The notes under the pieces were generated by a model that ran no database searches, was not told the origin of the DNA, and worked only from the letters and a program-made list of their open reading frames with translations. From positions 32,001 through 96,000 of the forward strand of contig CAWHTE010000007.1 in NCBI GenBank assembly GCA_963832165.1: 64,000 nucleotides of DNA. Direction: 5' to 3'. Positions 1 through 9,450 of this stretch are shown in pieces; positions within the stretch are counted from its first letter, which is position 1, and every line of letters begins with the position of its first letter. Source of the DNA: an uncultured delta proteobacterium. Its GTDB lineage: Bacteria; Myxococcota_A; UBA9160; SMWR01. The translations under genes were made by a program, and so were the position numbers.

Positions 1-890
<890 letters not shown>

Positions 891-1028
891 TTAATTCGAG
901 CACCGCGAGAATGTCGTCTTCGCGGATGAACTTCGTCGGTGTGCTAAGACTACATCAATCGCTAAAATGATCAAGCAGCGCGCTAAAAACGCGCCTTCGA
1001 CCGGCTCGACCGCCGCCGCCTGCGACGA

Positions 1029-1523
1029 TCAGCCGTATCGAACCCGCTCGGAAACCCGCTCGGGGGCAGGCTCGGCCGTCGGCCGCCCGCGCGCCCGACG
1101 CAGAGCGATGGCGACCTGATCCTCGAGGATTTCCCGCGTCCACTTGTACATGCCCTCGGCGGACCTCGCCCCGACCGGCTTCGTGCACATCGCTCCGCCT
1201 CGGCCCCAGAGCAGGAAGTACGGCGTCTTCTCCTCCTGGGCGATGCGGATCTCGGCGCTCATGCCCTGCGACGCCTCGGAGTGCTCACCGCAGATGACGA
1301 TCACTTCGTCTGCTTCGCGGATCCGGCGGCGTGTTCGCTCGCTCCACGTCTCGGCCGAGGAAAGGAACTCGGATTCACCCGACACGCAGAAGCCCGATCC
1401 TCGCGCTTGCGCCAGGAGCCGATCGTAGAGCTCCCGGTCGTGATCGATGTCGAAGCTGACGTATACACGGGCCTGGCTCACGCTGGATACTCCGTTTGCC
1501 TGGATCGGCGGTAGCGCTGTCAT
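1029..1523 (-). CDS. TIR-domain protein, ThsB/MTH538 (DUF1863)-like
   Basis: RVYVSFD...RRRIREADEVIVICGEHSEASQGMSAEIRIAQEEKTPYFLL follows the beta-alpha TIR pattern, with Glu at the catalytic position (SAEI). Confidence 0.8.
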   Translation of the reverse strand: MTALPPIQANGVSSVSQARVYVSFDIDHDRELYDRLLAQARGSGFCVSGESEFLSSAETWSERTRRRIREADEVIVICGEHSEASQGMSAEIRIAQEEKTPYFLLWGRGGAMCTKPVGARSAEGMYKWTREILEDQVAIALRRARGRPTAEPAPERVSERVRYG

Positions 1524-1915
1524 GACGAACTTCGCGAGCGAAGAAAGGCGAGGTACTTGAGCAGCTGCTCCTCCTCGCCGGAGGTCAGGTCGTCGATCGC
1601 GAAGGCCGCCAACCGCTTCTCCCGCCCGCTGCCATTCTCGGAGGGCAGCAGGTATCCGGCCTTCTCCATCAGTACGTCGTACGGCACGCCATAGACTTCG
1701 GAAAGACTGTAGAGCACGTTAGGCGACGGCTTACCGATCTTCCCATTCTCGAGCTGGCTCAGATAGGCATTCGAGACCGCCTTGCCCGCGGCCTCCTCGA
1801 CCTCGCGCAGCGAGAGCCCCTTCGCCTTGCGCAGATCGGCCAGTAGCCCGCCGAGCTCGGAAGGCCGCGCGACGGGCTCGCCGGGTTTGCGAGGCCGTTT
1901 GCTGCCGCTTTGCAT
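1520..1915 (-). CDS. XRE-family HTH transcriptional regulator, CapH-like
   Basis: LRKAKGLSLREVEE...VSNAYLSQLENGKIGKPSPNVLYSLSEVYGVPY is an HTH_XRE; the C-terminal helix LTSGEEEQLLKYLAFLRSR resembles the CapH dimerisation helix as I recall it. Stop overlaps the TIR start (ATGA). Confidence 0.85.
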   Translation of the reverse strand: MQSGSKRPRKPGEPVARPSELGGLLADLRKAKGLSLREVEEAAGKAVSNAYLSQLENGKIGKPSPNVLYSLSEVYGVPYDVLMEKAGYLLPSENGSGREKRLAAFAIDDLTSGEEEQLLKYLAFLRSRSSS

Positions 1916-1932
1916 CGGGCGCTGCCTCTCGT

Positions 1933-1981
1933 TTTGCTTGATATATAAAGCAAATCATCTGTCTGCTTGACAACTCGAGCA
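1933..1981. promoter_or_regulatory. Two tandem palindromic operators TGCTTGA-N4-T(A/C)(A/G)AGCA
   Basis: TGCTTGA-tata-TAAAGCA at 1935-1952 (inside the inverted repeat TTTGCTT-N8-AAGCAAA, 1933-1954) and TGCTTGA-caac-TCGAGCA at 1964-1981, in an AT-rich divergent intergenic region just upstream of the HTH gene. Confidence 0.7.
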
Positions 1982-2192
1982 TATTGTGTCAGTTTAGCAC
2001 AGTCTGCCGAACCGCGTGCGGTTCCGCGGATTCACGATTCCACGGGGCACGGGGAGGGAGCCGCTTGGCCGAGCAAAGGGAGTCCTCCCGGTCGAGAAGC
2101 CTCGGCCCGATTCCTCCGCCCTTCCCCGGTCCGATTCCCGGTGAGCTTCCGACTCCGATTCCCTGGATTCCCAGTTCGCGACGGGTGCGAGA

Positions 2193-2750
2193 TTGATCAT
2201 GAAACACAACGAGGCCATGGAGCAGACATCGCCCTTGGCGAGCTGCTTCTGGTGTGAGCGACTCCATCCGGGAGAGCACGCGCTCTCCATCTGTCCCGAG
2301 TGCACGGCGCGCTATTCGACGATGCGGTCGCTCGAGATGCGGGGGTCCTATCCGCTCGATGACGAGTCGATCGACAACCTGATCACCCGCACTTCTCCGG
2401 GCAACTACGCACTCGGATACATGGATGGCGACGAATTCAGCGTGTTCTACGTCGGGCGGTCGGATTCGGATCTGAGACGTCGCCTGCACGAATGGGTGGG
2501 CACGCCGAGTCGCGATGAGCGGTATGCCTCCGCGTCGCAGGCGTCGTGGGGAGTGCACCACCGGACACGATTTCCGGTGGACGCCCCGACACTCGCTCGC
2601 GTGGGTAACGCGGCAAGCGCATACACGCGCTTCGCCTACAGCTACGCCGGGTCTGCGAACGAAGCCTATGGGAAAGAGTGGCGGAACTACGACGCGTTCG
2701 GTGGCAGCCGCGGACTCGACAACGAGCGAGAGCCGTTCCTCGCGATCTGA
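2193..2750 (+). CDS. GIY-YIG-like nuclease-domain protein with N-terminal CxxC..CxxC zinc ribbon
   Basis: GNYALGY...FYVGRSDSDLRRRLHEW matches the GIY-x-YIG-x-RL pattern, followed by EAYGKE (conserved Glu) and LDN; N-terminal CFWC and CPEC. Exact start uncertain. Confidence 0.65.
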   Translation: MIMKHNEAMEQTSPLASCFWCERLHPGEHALSICPECTARYSTMRSLEMRGSYPLDDESIDNLITRTSPGNYALGYMDGDEFSVFYVGRSDSDLRRRLHEWVGTPSRDERYASASQASWGVHHRTRFPVDAPTLARVGNAASAYTRFAYSYAGSANEAYGKEWRNYDAFGGSRGLDNEREPFLAI

Positions 2751-2771
2751 TGCGAGACGGTGGGAACTAGC

Positions 2772-2957
2772 ATGGGAAAAGAATTGCGTGAAGTGCTCGC
2801 ACGTCTCAGGCAGTGGCTCGGGAAGCGGGCTGCCGAGCGGCGCACGGCCAAGGCGCGCGCCCGCTTCTGGGCCGGCGTGCGCGAGGGAGAGCGCGAGGCG
2901 GAAGCTCATTCCCGTCCTGATGGCAACGCCATGATGAACGGAGAGTTTCAGCCATGA
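2772..2957 (+). CDS. Small basic hypothetical protein
   Basis: ATG-started 61 aa ORF between the nuclease-like gene and the Cys-repeat gene; its stop overlaps the next ATG (ATGA). Confidence 0.45.
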   Translation: MGKELREVLARLRQWLGKRAAERRTAKARARFWAGVREGEREAEAHSRPDGNAMMNGEFQP

Positions 2958-3712
2958 GTCTTCTTCGGCGAATCACCTCGCGCGGACTTTTGATCGTCTC
3001 GCTTGCTCTGGTCTCCTGGCCTTGCGTAGCGACGACCCAGGACGAAAACGCGAAGCAGATGCCTCCCAATGCCCATGCGAATCGCTCCGGCGGATGGGAC
3101 TGCGACCGGGGGTACGAGGCCGTCGGTCAGTCCTGTATCGCGATCGCAGTGCCTGCGAATGCCTATCTGAACGCGTTCGGACGCGGATGGGATTGCAACC
3201 GGGGCTATCGGAAAGCCGGCGAAGCCTGCGCGCTGATCGATCTGCCCGAGAACTCCTTTCTTCATTCTCACGAGATCTGGAAGTGCGATCGAGGATATCG
3301 CCGGACCGGTGAGTCGTGCGTCGCCGTTGTGGTCCCTGAACACGGGTATCTCGACGACTCGGGGGACCATTGGTCGTGCGAACGCGGGTTTCGCGCGAGC
3401 GGCGATGCGTGCGAGCGAGTCGAGATCCCGGCCAATGGGTACCTGGGCCGTTCCGGCGACAGCTGGAAGTGCAAGCGCGGATTCCGCGAGGACGGCGAAA
3501 CCTGCGTTGCGATCGAGTTGCCCACGAACGGCTACATCGACTCCTCAGGAAGCGACTTCCGCTGCGAGCGAGGCTTCCAGAAGCAGGGACCCCGCTGCGT
3601 TGCCCTGAACGTGCCAGCGAACGCTCACCTCGACTACGGGGGAAACCGCTGGACTTGCGATCCGAGCTTCCAGCAGCGGGAAGAGGCCTGCGCTGAGATT
3701 GCGGATCGATAG
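2954..3712 (+). CDS. Secreted Cys-rich repeat protein (7 x ~31 aa)
   Basis: Signal peptide, then seven repeats of P-x-N-[AG]-[YH]-x4-G-x2-W-x-C-x-R-G-[YF]-x3-G-x2-C. Confidence 0.85.
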   Translation: MSLLRRITSRGLLIVSLALVSWPCVATTQDENAKQMPPNAHANRSGGWDCDRGYEAVGQSCIAIAVPANAYLNAFGRGWDCNRGYRKAGEACALIDLPENSFLHSHEIWKCDRGYRRTGESCVAVVVPEHGYLDDSGDHWSCERGFRASGDACERVEIPANGYLGRSGDSWKCKRGFREDGETCVAIELPTNGYIDSSGSDFRCERGFQKQGPRCVALNVPANAHLDYGGNRWTCDPSFQQREEACAEIADR

Positions 3713-3762
3713 GGCCGCGTCGCCCCCTTCGTCGGGCGAATTGCTCGGGTCGAGGAGCGCTC

Positions 3763-4314
3763 ATGTTCGTTCTTGAGATGGCTGCCTGGCTCGTCTTCTC
3801 GTGCATTCTGATGTCGTTCGTCGAGCATCAGGTCCACCGGAAGCTGATGCACAGAAAGAACTTTCTCAGCGAGCGCACGGCGTCCTTCAAACGCATTTTC
3901 GAGGCGCACGCTCTGGTGCATCACAAGCACTACTCCGACATATTCAGCGATGAACCGGTCGCTCGGGGTGAAGACAAAGAGATACGGCTGACGGTGCGCA
4001 AGGCGCCGATCAAGGCGATTCCGTTCGCTGCGCCCATTGCATTGGTCTCGTGGGAGGGGGCCGCGAGCTTCGTGGCCGTAATGACCTTTCATCACTGGAC
4101 CTGGAACAAGATTCATCTGGAGATGCACAAGCCGGAGCAGAGGGCCTTCAGCACCTGGCCGATCTACAGGCTTCTGGCGCGATACCACTGCCTGCACCAC
4201 AAACACGGGAACAAGAACTTCAACGTCGTGTTCCCTCTGGCCGACTACGTTCTCGGAACGAACGTTCGGGCCAACGAAGGCGATCTCGCCTACCTGAAGC
4301 AATGCGGATTGTGA
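3763..4314 (+). CDS. Fatty acid hydroxylase/sterol desaturase-family membrane protein
   Basis: His boxes EHQVHRKLMH, HALVHH, HLEMH and YHCLHH, plus KNFNVVFPLADYVLGT. Confidence 0.75.
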   Translation: MFVLEMAAWLVFSCILMSFVEHQVHRKLMHRKNFLSERTASFKRIFEAHALVHHKHYSDIFSDEPVARGEDKEIRLTVRKAPIKAIPFAAPIALVSWEGAASFVAVMTFHHWTWNKIHLEMHKPEQRAFSTWPIYRLLARYHCLHHKHGNKNFNVVFPLADYVLGTNVRANEGDLAYLKQCGL

Positions 4315-4562
4315 TCGGGGCCTCCCGGCCCGAGTGTTCCGCGAGCGCCTCTCCGTTGGCGGAAGCCTGCGAGACGAGCTAAACAGCGCATCGAGTCGGC
4401 AAGTCCGACCGCGGCAAACAACAGGACCTCTCCTCGGCACTGATACTTCCGGATCGAGGTCGGGCCGCACCTACACCTTCTCTCGCCCCGCTGTTGTGTG
4501 GGCTGGAACCAAGCGGCGGAGTTGCGCCCTCGTGCGCACTCCTGCCGGAGAATCACAGCTAC

Positions 4563-5828
4563 ATGTCAGCACCTTCTCTGAAACCTTCCGTCCCGAGCGG
4601 ATTCGACGCATTCGGGCTCCATTCCGCGCTCGGCCGCGGAATCCGCGAGGCCGGCTTCGAAACGCCGCGCGCCATCCAGGCCGAGACGATCCCCGCCGCG
4701 ATCGCGCGCCGCGACGTGCTCGGCCTTGCGCAGACCGGTACCGGTAAGACCGCGGCGTTCGCCCTGCCCGTGCTCGAGCGCATGCTCGAATCCTCCGGTC
4801 CGGGCGATCCCCGAACCCTGATCCTGGCGCCCACGCGCGAGCTCGCCCAGCAGATCGACGCGGAGATCCGTCTGCTCGCGCGGTTCACTCAGATCCGAAC
4901 CGCGACGATCTTCGGCGGAGTCTCCGTACGCACACAGATCGGTGCGCTGCGTCGAAACCCCGCGATCGTGGTGGGCTGTCCTGGTCGCGTGCTGGATCTC
5001 GTACAGCAGCGCGCGTTGCGCCTCTCGAGCGTCGAGATCCTCGTCCTCGACGAAGCCGACCACATGTTCGACCTGGGCTTCCTGCCCGACCTTCGGCGCA
5101 TCCTGGCCGCACTGCCCTCGCGGCGGCAGAACCTGCTCTTCTCGGCGACGATGCCCGACGCGATCCGCCAGCTCGCCGACGGGATGCTGCGAAACGCGCA
5201 CGTGGTCCAGCTCTCGGGTCGCGCACCCGCGGAGACGATCGACCACGCGCTCTACGCCGTGACGGAGCACGGGAAGCACGACCTGCTCGAGCGCATTCTG
5301 GCCGAGGAGACCTGTGAATCGGCGATCGTCTTCACGCGCACGAAGCACCGCGCGCGGCGCCTCGCGCAGCAGCTCGAGAAGAACGGGCACCGCTCGATCG
5401 CACTCCAGGGAAACATGTCGCAGTCGCAACGCGATCGCGCGATGAGCGGCTTCCGATCGCGCCACTACGACGTTCTCGTCGCCACCGACATCGCGGCGCG
5501 CGGAATCGACGTCAGCAGCGTCTCCCACGTCATCAACTTCGACGTCCCGACTACCCCGCTGGCCTACACGCATCGGATCGGACGCACCGGCCGCTCGGAG
5601 CGCGAAGGCGTCGCGCGCACGTTCGTCACGGGCGAGGATCGCGCGTGGCTGCGGGATACCGAACGGATGATCGGCGCGACGATCCCGCGCCTGCAGGCCC
5701 CGGGCATTCCGAGCGAACGCCTCGATGCGGAGTCGGATCGCCCTGGGCCGGGTCGCCGCTCGGCGATCCAGCGACCGGGCGCGCGGGACGGACGCTACCG
5801 GCCGGCTCGGCCGCGTCGACGCCGCTAA
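4563..5828 (+). CDS. DEAD-box RNA helicase, RhlE-like
   Basis: Q motif, AQTGTGKT, PTRELA, DEAD, SAT, ARGID and HRIGRTGR motifs. Confidence 0.95.
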   Translation: MSAPSLKPSVPSGFDAFGLHSALGRGIREAGFETPRAIQAETIPAAIARRDVLGLAQTGTGKTAAFALPVLERMLESSGPGDPRTLILAPTRELAQQIDAEIRLLARFTQIRTATIFGGVSVRTQIGALRRNPAIVVGCPGRVLDLVQQRALRLSSVEILVLDEADHMFDLGFLPDLRRILAALPSRRQNLLFSATMPDAIRQLADGMLRNAHVVQLSGRAPAETIDHALYAVTEHGKHDLLERILAEETCESAIVFTRTKHRARRLAQQLEKNGHRSIALQGNMSQSQRDRAMSGFRSRHYDVLVATDIAARGIDVSSVSHVINFDVPTTPLAYTHRIGRTGRSEREGVARTFVTGEDRAWLRDTERMIGATIPRLQAPGIPSERLDAESDRPGPGRRSAIQRPGARDGRYRPARPRRRR

Positions 5829-5896
5829 CGCGCACGGGTGAAGATCGATCGGTAGCCGCGCGCGATCGCGATGCCCGCCTCGCTAGAGTCGGGCCA

Positions 5897-6967
5897 ATGA
5901 CGCAGCGGCTTCCGATCGATGCGAGCGGGCTCACGCCCGAATGGCTGTCGGCTGCACTCTCCCGGCGACATCCCGGGGTCCGGTTGGCCGCGGTCGAAGT
6001 ACTCGACGCCACGGAACGCACCAACCATCACCTCCGCCTCGGCCTCACCTACGACGTCCAGGCCGGAGCGCCGGACACGCTGTTCTGCAAGCTGCCTCCC
6101 CGCGATCCCGAGCACCGGGCTCGCATCGGCGCCGCCGGCATGGGCAACCGCGAGGTGAACTTCTACGCGGGGGACACGCCGTCGCTGTCGATGCGCGTGC
6201 CGGCGTGTGAGTTCGCGTCTGCGGATGCCGACGGCGCGTTCCTCCTGCTGCTCGAAGACCTCGCCGCGCGCGGCGCCCAGATATCCGACGGATCGTGGGC
6301 CGTGCCGGGCAAGTTCGCGCGAGCCGCCGTCGCGGATCTGGCCGACCTGCACGTCCGCTACGAGGATCCCGCGCGGCTCGCTGCCGTCGCACCCTGGGCC
6401 ACTTCGCTGCGCTCGAAGCCTGCCGATTTCGTGACTCGCACGCTTCGCTACGTGCTCGAACACTGCCGCGACCGGCTGAGCGACGCCTATCTCGCCGTCG
6501 TCGAGCTCTACATCGAGCATCACGAACGGATCGAAGCCGCGTGGGACGCCGGCCCGCAGACTCTGATCCATGGAGACGCCCACATCGGCAACCTCTTCCT
6601 CGACGGCGACCGGGTCGGGTTCCTCGATTGGGGAATGGCCAGGATCGGTACGCCGATGCGCGACCTCAGCTTCTTCCTCACGATGGGACTCGAGTCCGAC
6701 GATCGTCGCCGCGACGAGCGCGACCTCATCCAGCACTACCTCGACGTGCGTCGCACCATCGGGGGCAGCCCCATCCCCTTCGAGGACGCCTGGCTCGCGC
6801 ATCGGATCCATGCGGCGTACGGCGTGATCGCCTCGTTCCTGTCCCTGGTTCCGCCGTACAACACCGAAGCGAGGCGGATGTTCACCACGAATTTCCGCGC
6901 GCGTGCGATGGCCGCGCTCGACGATCTCGACGCCGTCGATGCCCTGCGCGACGCCGTCATCGACTGA
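5897..6967 (+). CDS. Aminoglycoside/ecdysteroid kinase-like phosphotransferase
   Basis: REVNFY, LLLEDL, TLIHGDAHIGN (Brenner motif) and FLDWG. Confidence 0.85.
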   Translation: MTQRLPIDASGLTPEWLSAALSRRHPGVRLAAVEVLDATERTNHHLRLGLTYDVQAGAPDTLFCKLPPRDPEHRARIGAAGMGNREVNFYAGDTPSLSMRVPACEFASADADGAFLLLLEDLAARGAQISDGSWAVPGKFARAAVADLADLHVRYEDPARLAAVAPWATSLRSKPADFVTRTLRYVLEHCRDRLSDAYLAVVELYIEHHERIEAAWDAGPQTLIHGDAHIGNLFLDGDRVGFLDWGMARIGTPMRDLSFFLTMGLESDDRRRDERDLIQHYLDVRRTIGGSPIPFEDAWLAHRIHAAYGVIASFLSLVPPYNTEARRMFTTNFRARAMAALDDLDAVDALRDAVID

Positions 6968-7044
6968 TCGGGCTGACGCAGTCGTCAGCCGATGATCAGC
7001 GCCCCCCGGATGAAGTTCTACATCAGTTGTGTCACGCTGACGCT

Positions 7045-7458
7045 ATGCCCGACTTCAGCCTGTTCGGCGACGAGCACGTTCGGCAGTACGAGGCCACTGC
7101 GGGAAAGACTGGCCACGACTGGAACGGCACCTCGATCCTGGTCCTTCACACCCGAGGCCGGAAATCCGGCGAGATCCGAAAATTTCCGCTGATCTACGGA
7201 CGCGATGGGGAGGACTACGTGATCGTCGCGTCGCGCGGTGGATCTCCCGATCACCCGGGCTGGTACAAGAACCTGGTCGCCCATCCCGATGTCAGCATCC
7301 AGGTGTGGGACGCGGTGCTGCCCGTCACGGCGCGAACCGCGAGTGCCGCGGAGAAGAAGCGCCTGTGGCCCATCATGGCCGCCGAGTGGCCTGACTACGA
7401 CAAGTACCAGGCCAACACGACCCGCGACATCCCGGTGGTCGTGCTCAGCCCGCGCTGA
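7045..7458 (+). CDS. Deazaflavin (F420H2)-dependent nitroreductase, DDN family
   Basis: LHTRGRKSGEIRKFPL, VASRGGSPDHPGWYKNLVAHP and YQANTTRDIPVVVL are typical DDN motifs. Confidence 0.92.
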   Translation: MPDFSLFGDEHVRQYEATAGKTGHDWNGTSILVLHTRGRKSGEIRKFPLIYGRDGEDYVIVASRGGSPDHPGWYKNLVAHPDVSIQVWDAVLPVTARTASAAEKKRLWPIMAAEWPDYDKYQANTTRDIPVVVLSPR

Positions 7459-7485
7459 CGCCGCCAGGTCGAGGAGGGTCCCGCC

Positions 7486-7869
7486 GTGCATCGCTCCTGG
7501 GTCTCGCTCGTCTGCGCGCTCCTCGCGATCGCGCTCGCTTCGTCCGCGCGCGGCGTCACTCCGAAACGCGATCAGTCCGCGGCGCAGCAGGAGAAGGACC
7601 AGTACGAATGCCGCCGGTGGGCCGTGGCGCACACGGGTTTCGACCCCAAGAACCCGCCTAGCGCGCCGCCGCGCAAAACCGGCGTGCAATCCAGTCCCGT
7701 GGCCGGTCTCAAGGGAGACCCGGTGCTGCGCAAGGTGCAGCGGCGCGACGAAGAGATGGCGCGCAAGAAGCAGCAGGAGCAGCACAAAGCCAAGCTCGAA
7801 GCTCAGCGCGTGAAGTACGAGCGCGCGGTCAAGACCTGCCTCGAGGGACGCAACTACTCCGTCAACTGA
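7486..7869 (+). CDS. Small secreted protein with two Cys
   Basis: Signal peptide, QQEKDQYECRRWAVAHTGFDP and C-terminal CLEGRNYSV; AGGAGG RBS upstream. Confidence 0.7.
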   Translation: MHRSWVSLVCALLAIALASSARGVTPKRDQSAAQQEKDQYECRRWAVAHTGFDPKNPPSAPPRKTGVQSSPVAGLKGDPVLRKVQRRDEEMARKKQQEQHKAKLEAQRVKYERAVKTCLEGRNYSVN

Positions 7870-7969
7870 GCTCGATGTCGACGCTGCCGCTGGCACGGCT
7901 TCTGCATCGCTCATCGCCGTATCGCCGCACGCGACGTCCATTCGCGGTGCCGCAACCGAGGCAGGAGCA

Positions 7970-8839
7970 TTGCAGAACCTACTCTCGTCCCTCAAACCCC
8001 GAGGCGCGAAGCGCGCGCTGCAGCGCAAGCTCAGGGACGCGATTTCGGAGCTCGAGGGCAAGGCGCCCCTGCGCGACGCCTCCGTTCACGAGGCGCGCAA
8101 GGATCTGAAGCGCGCCCGGGCGACGCTGCGCCTGCTGCGCGATGCCATCGGCGAGACGGCCTATCGGCGCGCCAATCGGCGGATTCGCGATGCCGCACGC
8201 CCGCTATCGCGAGTTCGCGACGCCAAGGCGCTGATCGATGCGGTCGAGAAGCTGCGCGCCAGCACGAATGAGGCGCGGCCCCGAACAGAGCTGGACATGC
8301 TGGAACAGGAGCTGCAAAGAACGCGGAAGCGCGCGCGCAGCGAGGTACTGAAGCCGGCGCGCGTCGCGCGCGTCCGGCGCTCGGTCGAATCCGTGCTGAC
8401 TGACAGTCGGCGCTGGCCCGCGCCGACGGACGATGCTCTGCGACGCGGCGTCGAGCGACTCTACCGCAAGGGCCGCAAGGCCTTCGCCCGAGCGGAGGCA
8501 GACACACGCGATCTGACGCTGCACGAGTCGCGCAAGGAGACCAAGCACCTGGGCAAGGCTTTGAAGGTCCTCGGCCCCCGCGGCCGCGGCATCGAGAAGC
8601 GGGTGAAGCGTGCGGAGTCGATCGCCGACGCGCTCGGCGATGACCACGACCTCGCCCTGCTGCGCACGAAGGTCGCGGAGCGCCGTCGCTCGGCGTCCGC
8701 TCGCCAGGCGCTGCTCGAGGAGATCGAGCGCCGCCGCGAGAAGCTCCAGCGAAAGGCCGAGAAGCAGAGTCGGCGCCTGTACCGGCGCAAGCCGAAGGCG
8801 TTCGTGGACGCGCTCGACCTCCACGGCCAAGCGCGCTGA
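7970..8839 (+). CDS. CHAD domain protein (polyphosphate-binding family)
   Basis: VHEARKDLKRARATLRL, LSRVRD, LHESRKETK and LGDDHDL motifs. Start uncertain. Confidence 0.9.
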   Translation: MQNLLSSLKPRGAKRALQRKLRDAISELEGKAPLRDASVHEARKDLKRARATLRLLRDAIGETAYRRANRRIRDAARPLSRVRDAKALIDAVEKLRASTNEARPRTELDMLEQELQRTRKRARSEVLKPARVARVRRSVESVLTDSRRWPAPTDDALRRGVERLYRKGRKAFARAEADTRDLTLHESRKETKHLGKALKVLGPRGRGIEKRVKRAESIADALGDDHDLALLRTKVAERRRSASARQALLEEIERRREKLQRKAEKQSRRLYRRKPKAFVDALDLHGQAR

Positions 8840-8866
8840 GGTGGCGCCGAATCTCCGCGTCGCGCG

Positions 8867-9427
8867 TCAGCCGCTCCAGCCGCCGTTCTTGCGCAACCTC
8901 GCCACCGCCTCGCGCAGCGTGCTCTCGCCGCCGATCGGGTAACCCACGAGCATCTCGCCGCGGCCTTTGAAGCGGCGGTCGATATCGTCGAGCATGCGTC
9001 CCGCGCTGGACGAGGAGCCGATCTTCGTCCAGAGCGCCGTGACGGCCAGGCGCGCATTCGCGTCCAGCACCGCCACCTCGGGGTGGCGGCTCTGCCATTC
9101 CGGCTCGAGCATCGGAACGACGTGCTTGCCCACGTAGAAATCGATGAACTCGTCGAACATGATCATGCCGTTGCGGTCGTTGCGCCGGAACAGCCCGTCC
9201 ATCGTCACCAGGAAGTGTCCCAGATCGCGGTAGGCGCGACCGAGGTCGCGCTTCCGCTGCGCGAGCGCCTCACCGCCGAGCGGTGCGGTCGTCTCGCGCA
9301 CGGCCGCCTGCGCCACCCACTCGTCGGCGATCCGCTCGTCGCTGGCGCAGCCGAGCGCCAGCGCGGCACAGCCGGCGAGCAGGAATCCCGCGCCCACGCG
9401 GCGCGCGACACGAATCCCGTTGGCCAT
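8867..9427 (-). CDS. Hypothetical lipoprotein
   Basis: Signal with lipobox-like LALGC; AGGAGG RBS; last gene of a tightly packed minus-strand run. Confidence 0.7.
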   Translation of the reverse strand: MANGIRVARRVGAGFLLAGCAALALGCASDERIADEWVAQAAVRETTAPLGGEALAQRKRDLGRAYRDLGHFLVTMDGLFRRNDRNGMIMFDEFIDFYVGKHVVPMLEPEWQSRHPEVAVLDANARLAVTALWTKIGSSSSAGRMLDDIDRRFKGRGEMLVGYPIGGESTLREAVARLRKNGGWSG

Positions 9428-9450
9428 CGTCGAACCCTCCTGGCGCGGCC

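Noticed and set aside
895..950. Possible CIRCE element upstream of groEL (GTGCTAA at 941-947)
   Set aside because: Only one partial arm; no TTAGCACTC partner at the 9 bp spacing.
1029..1523. Complete Thoeris system
   Set aside because: Only a ThsB-like TIR is present; no ThsA-type effector is encoded in the window.
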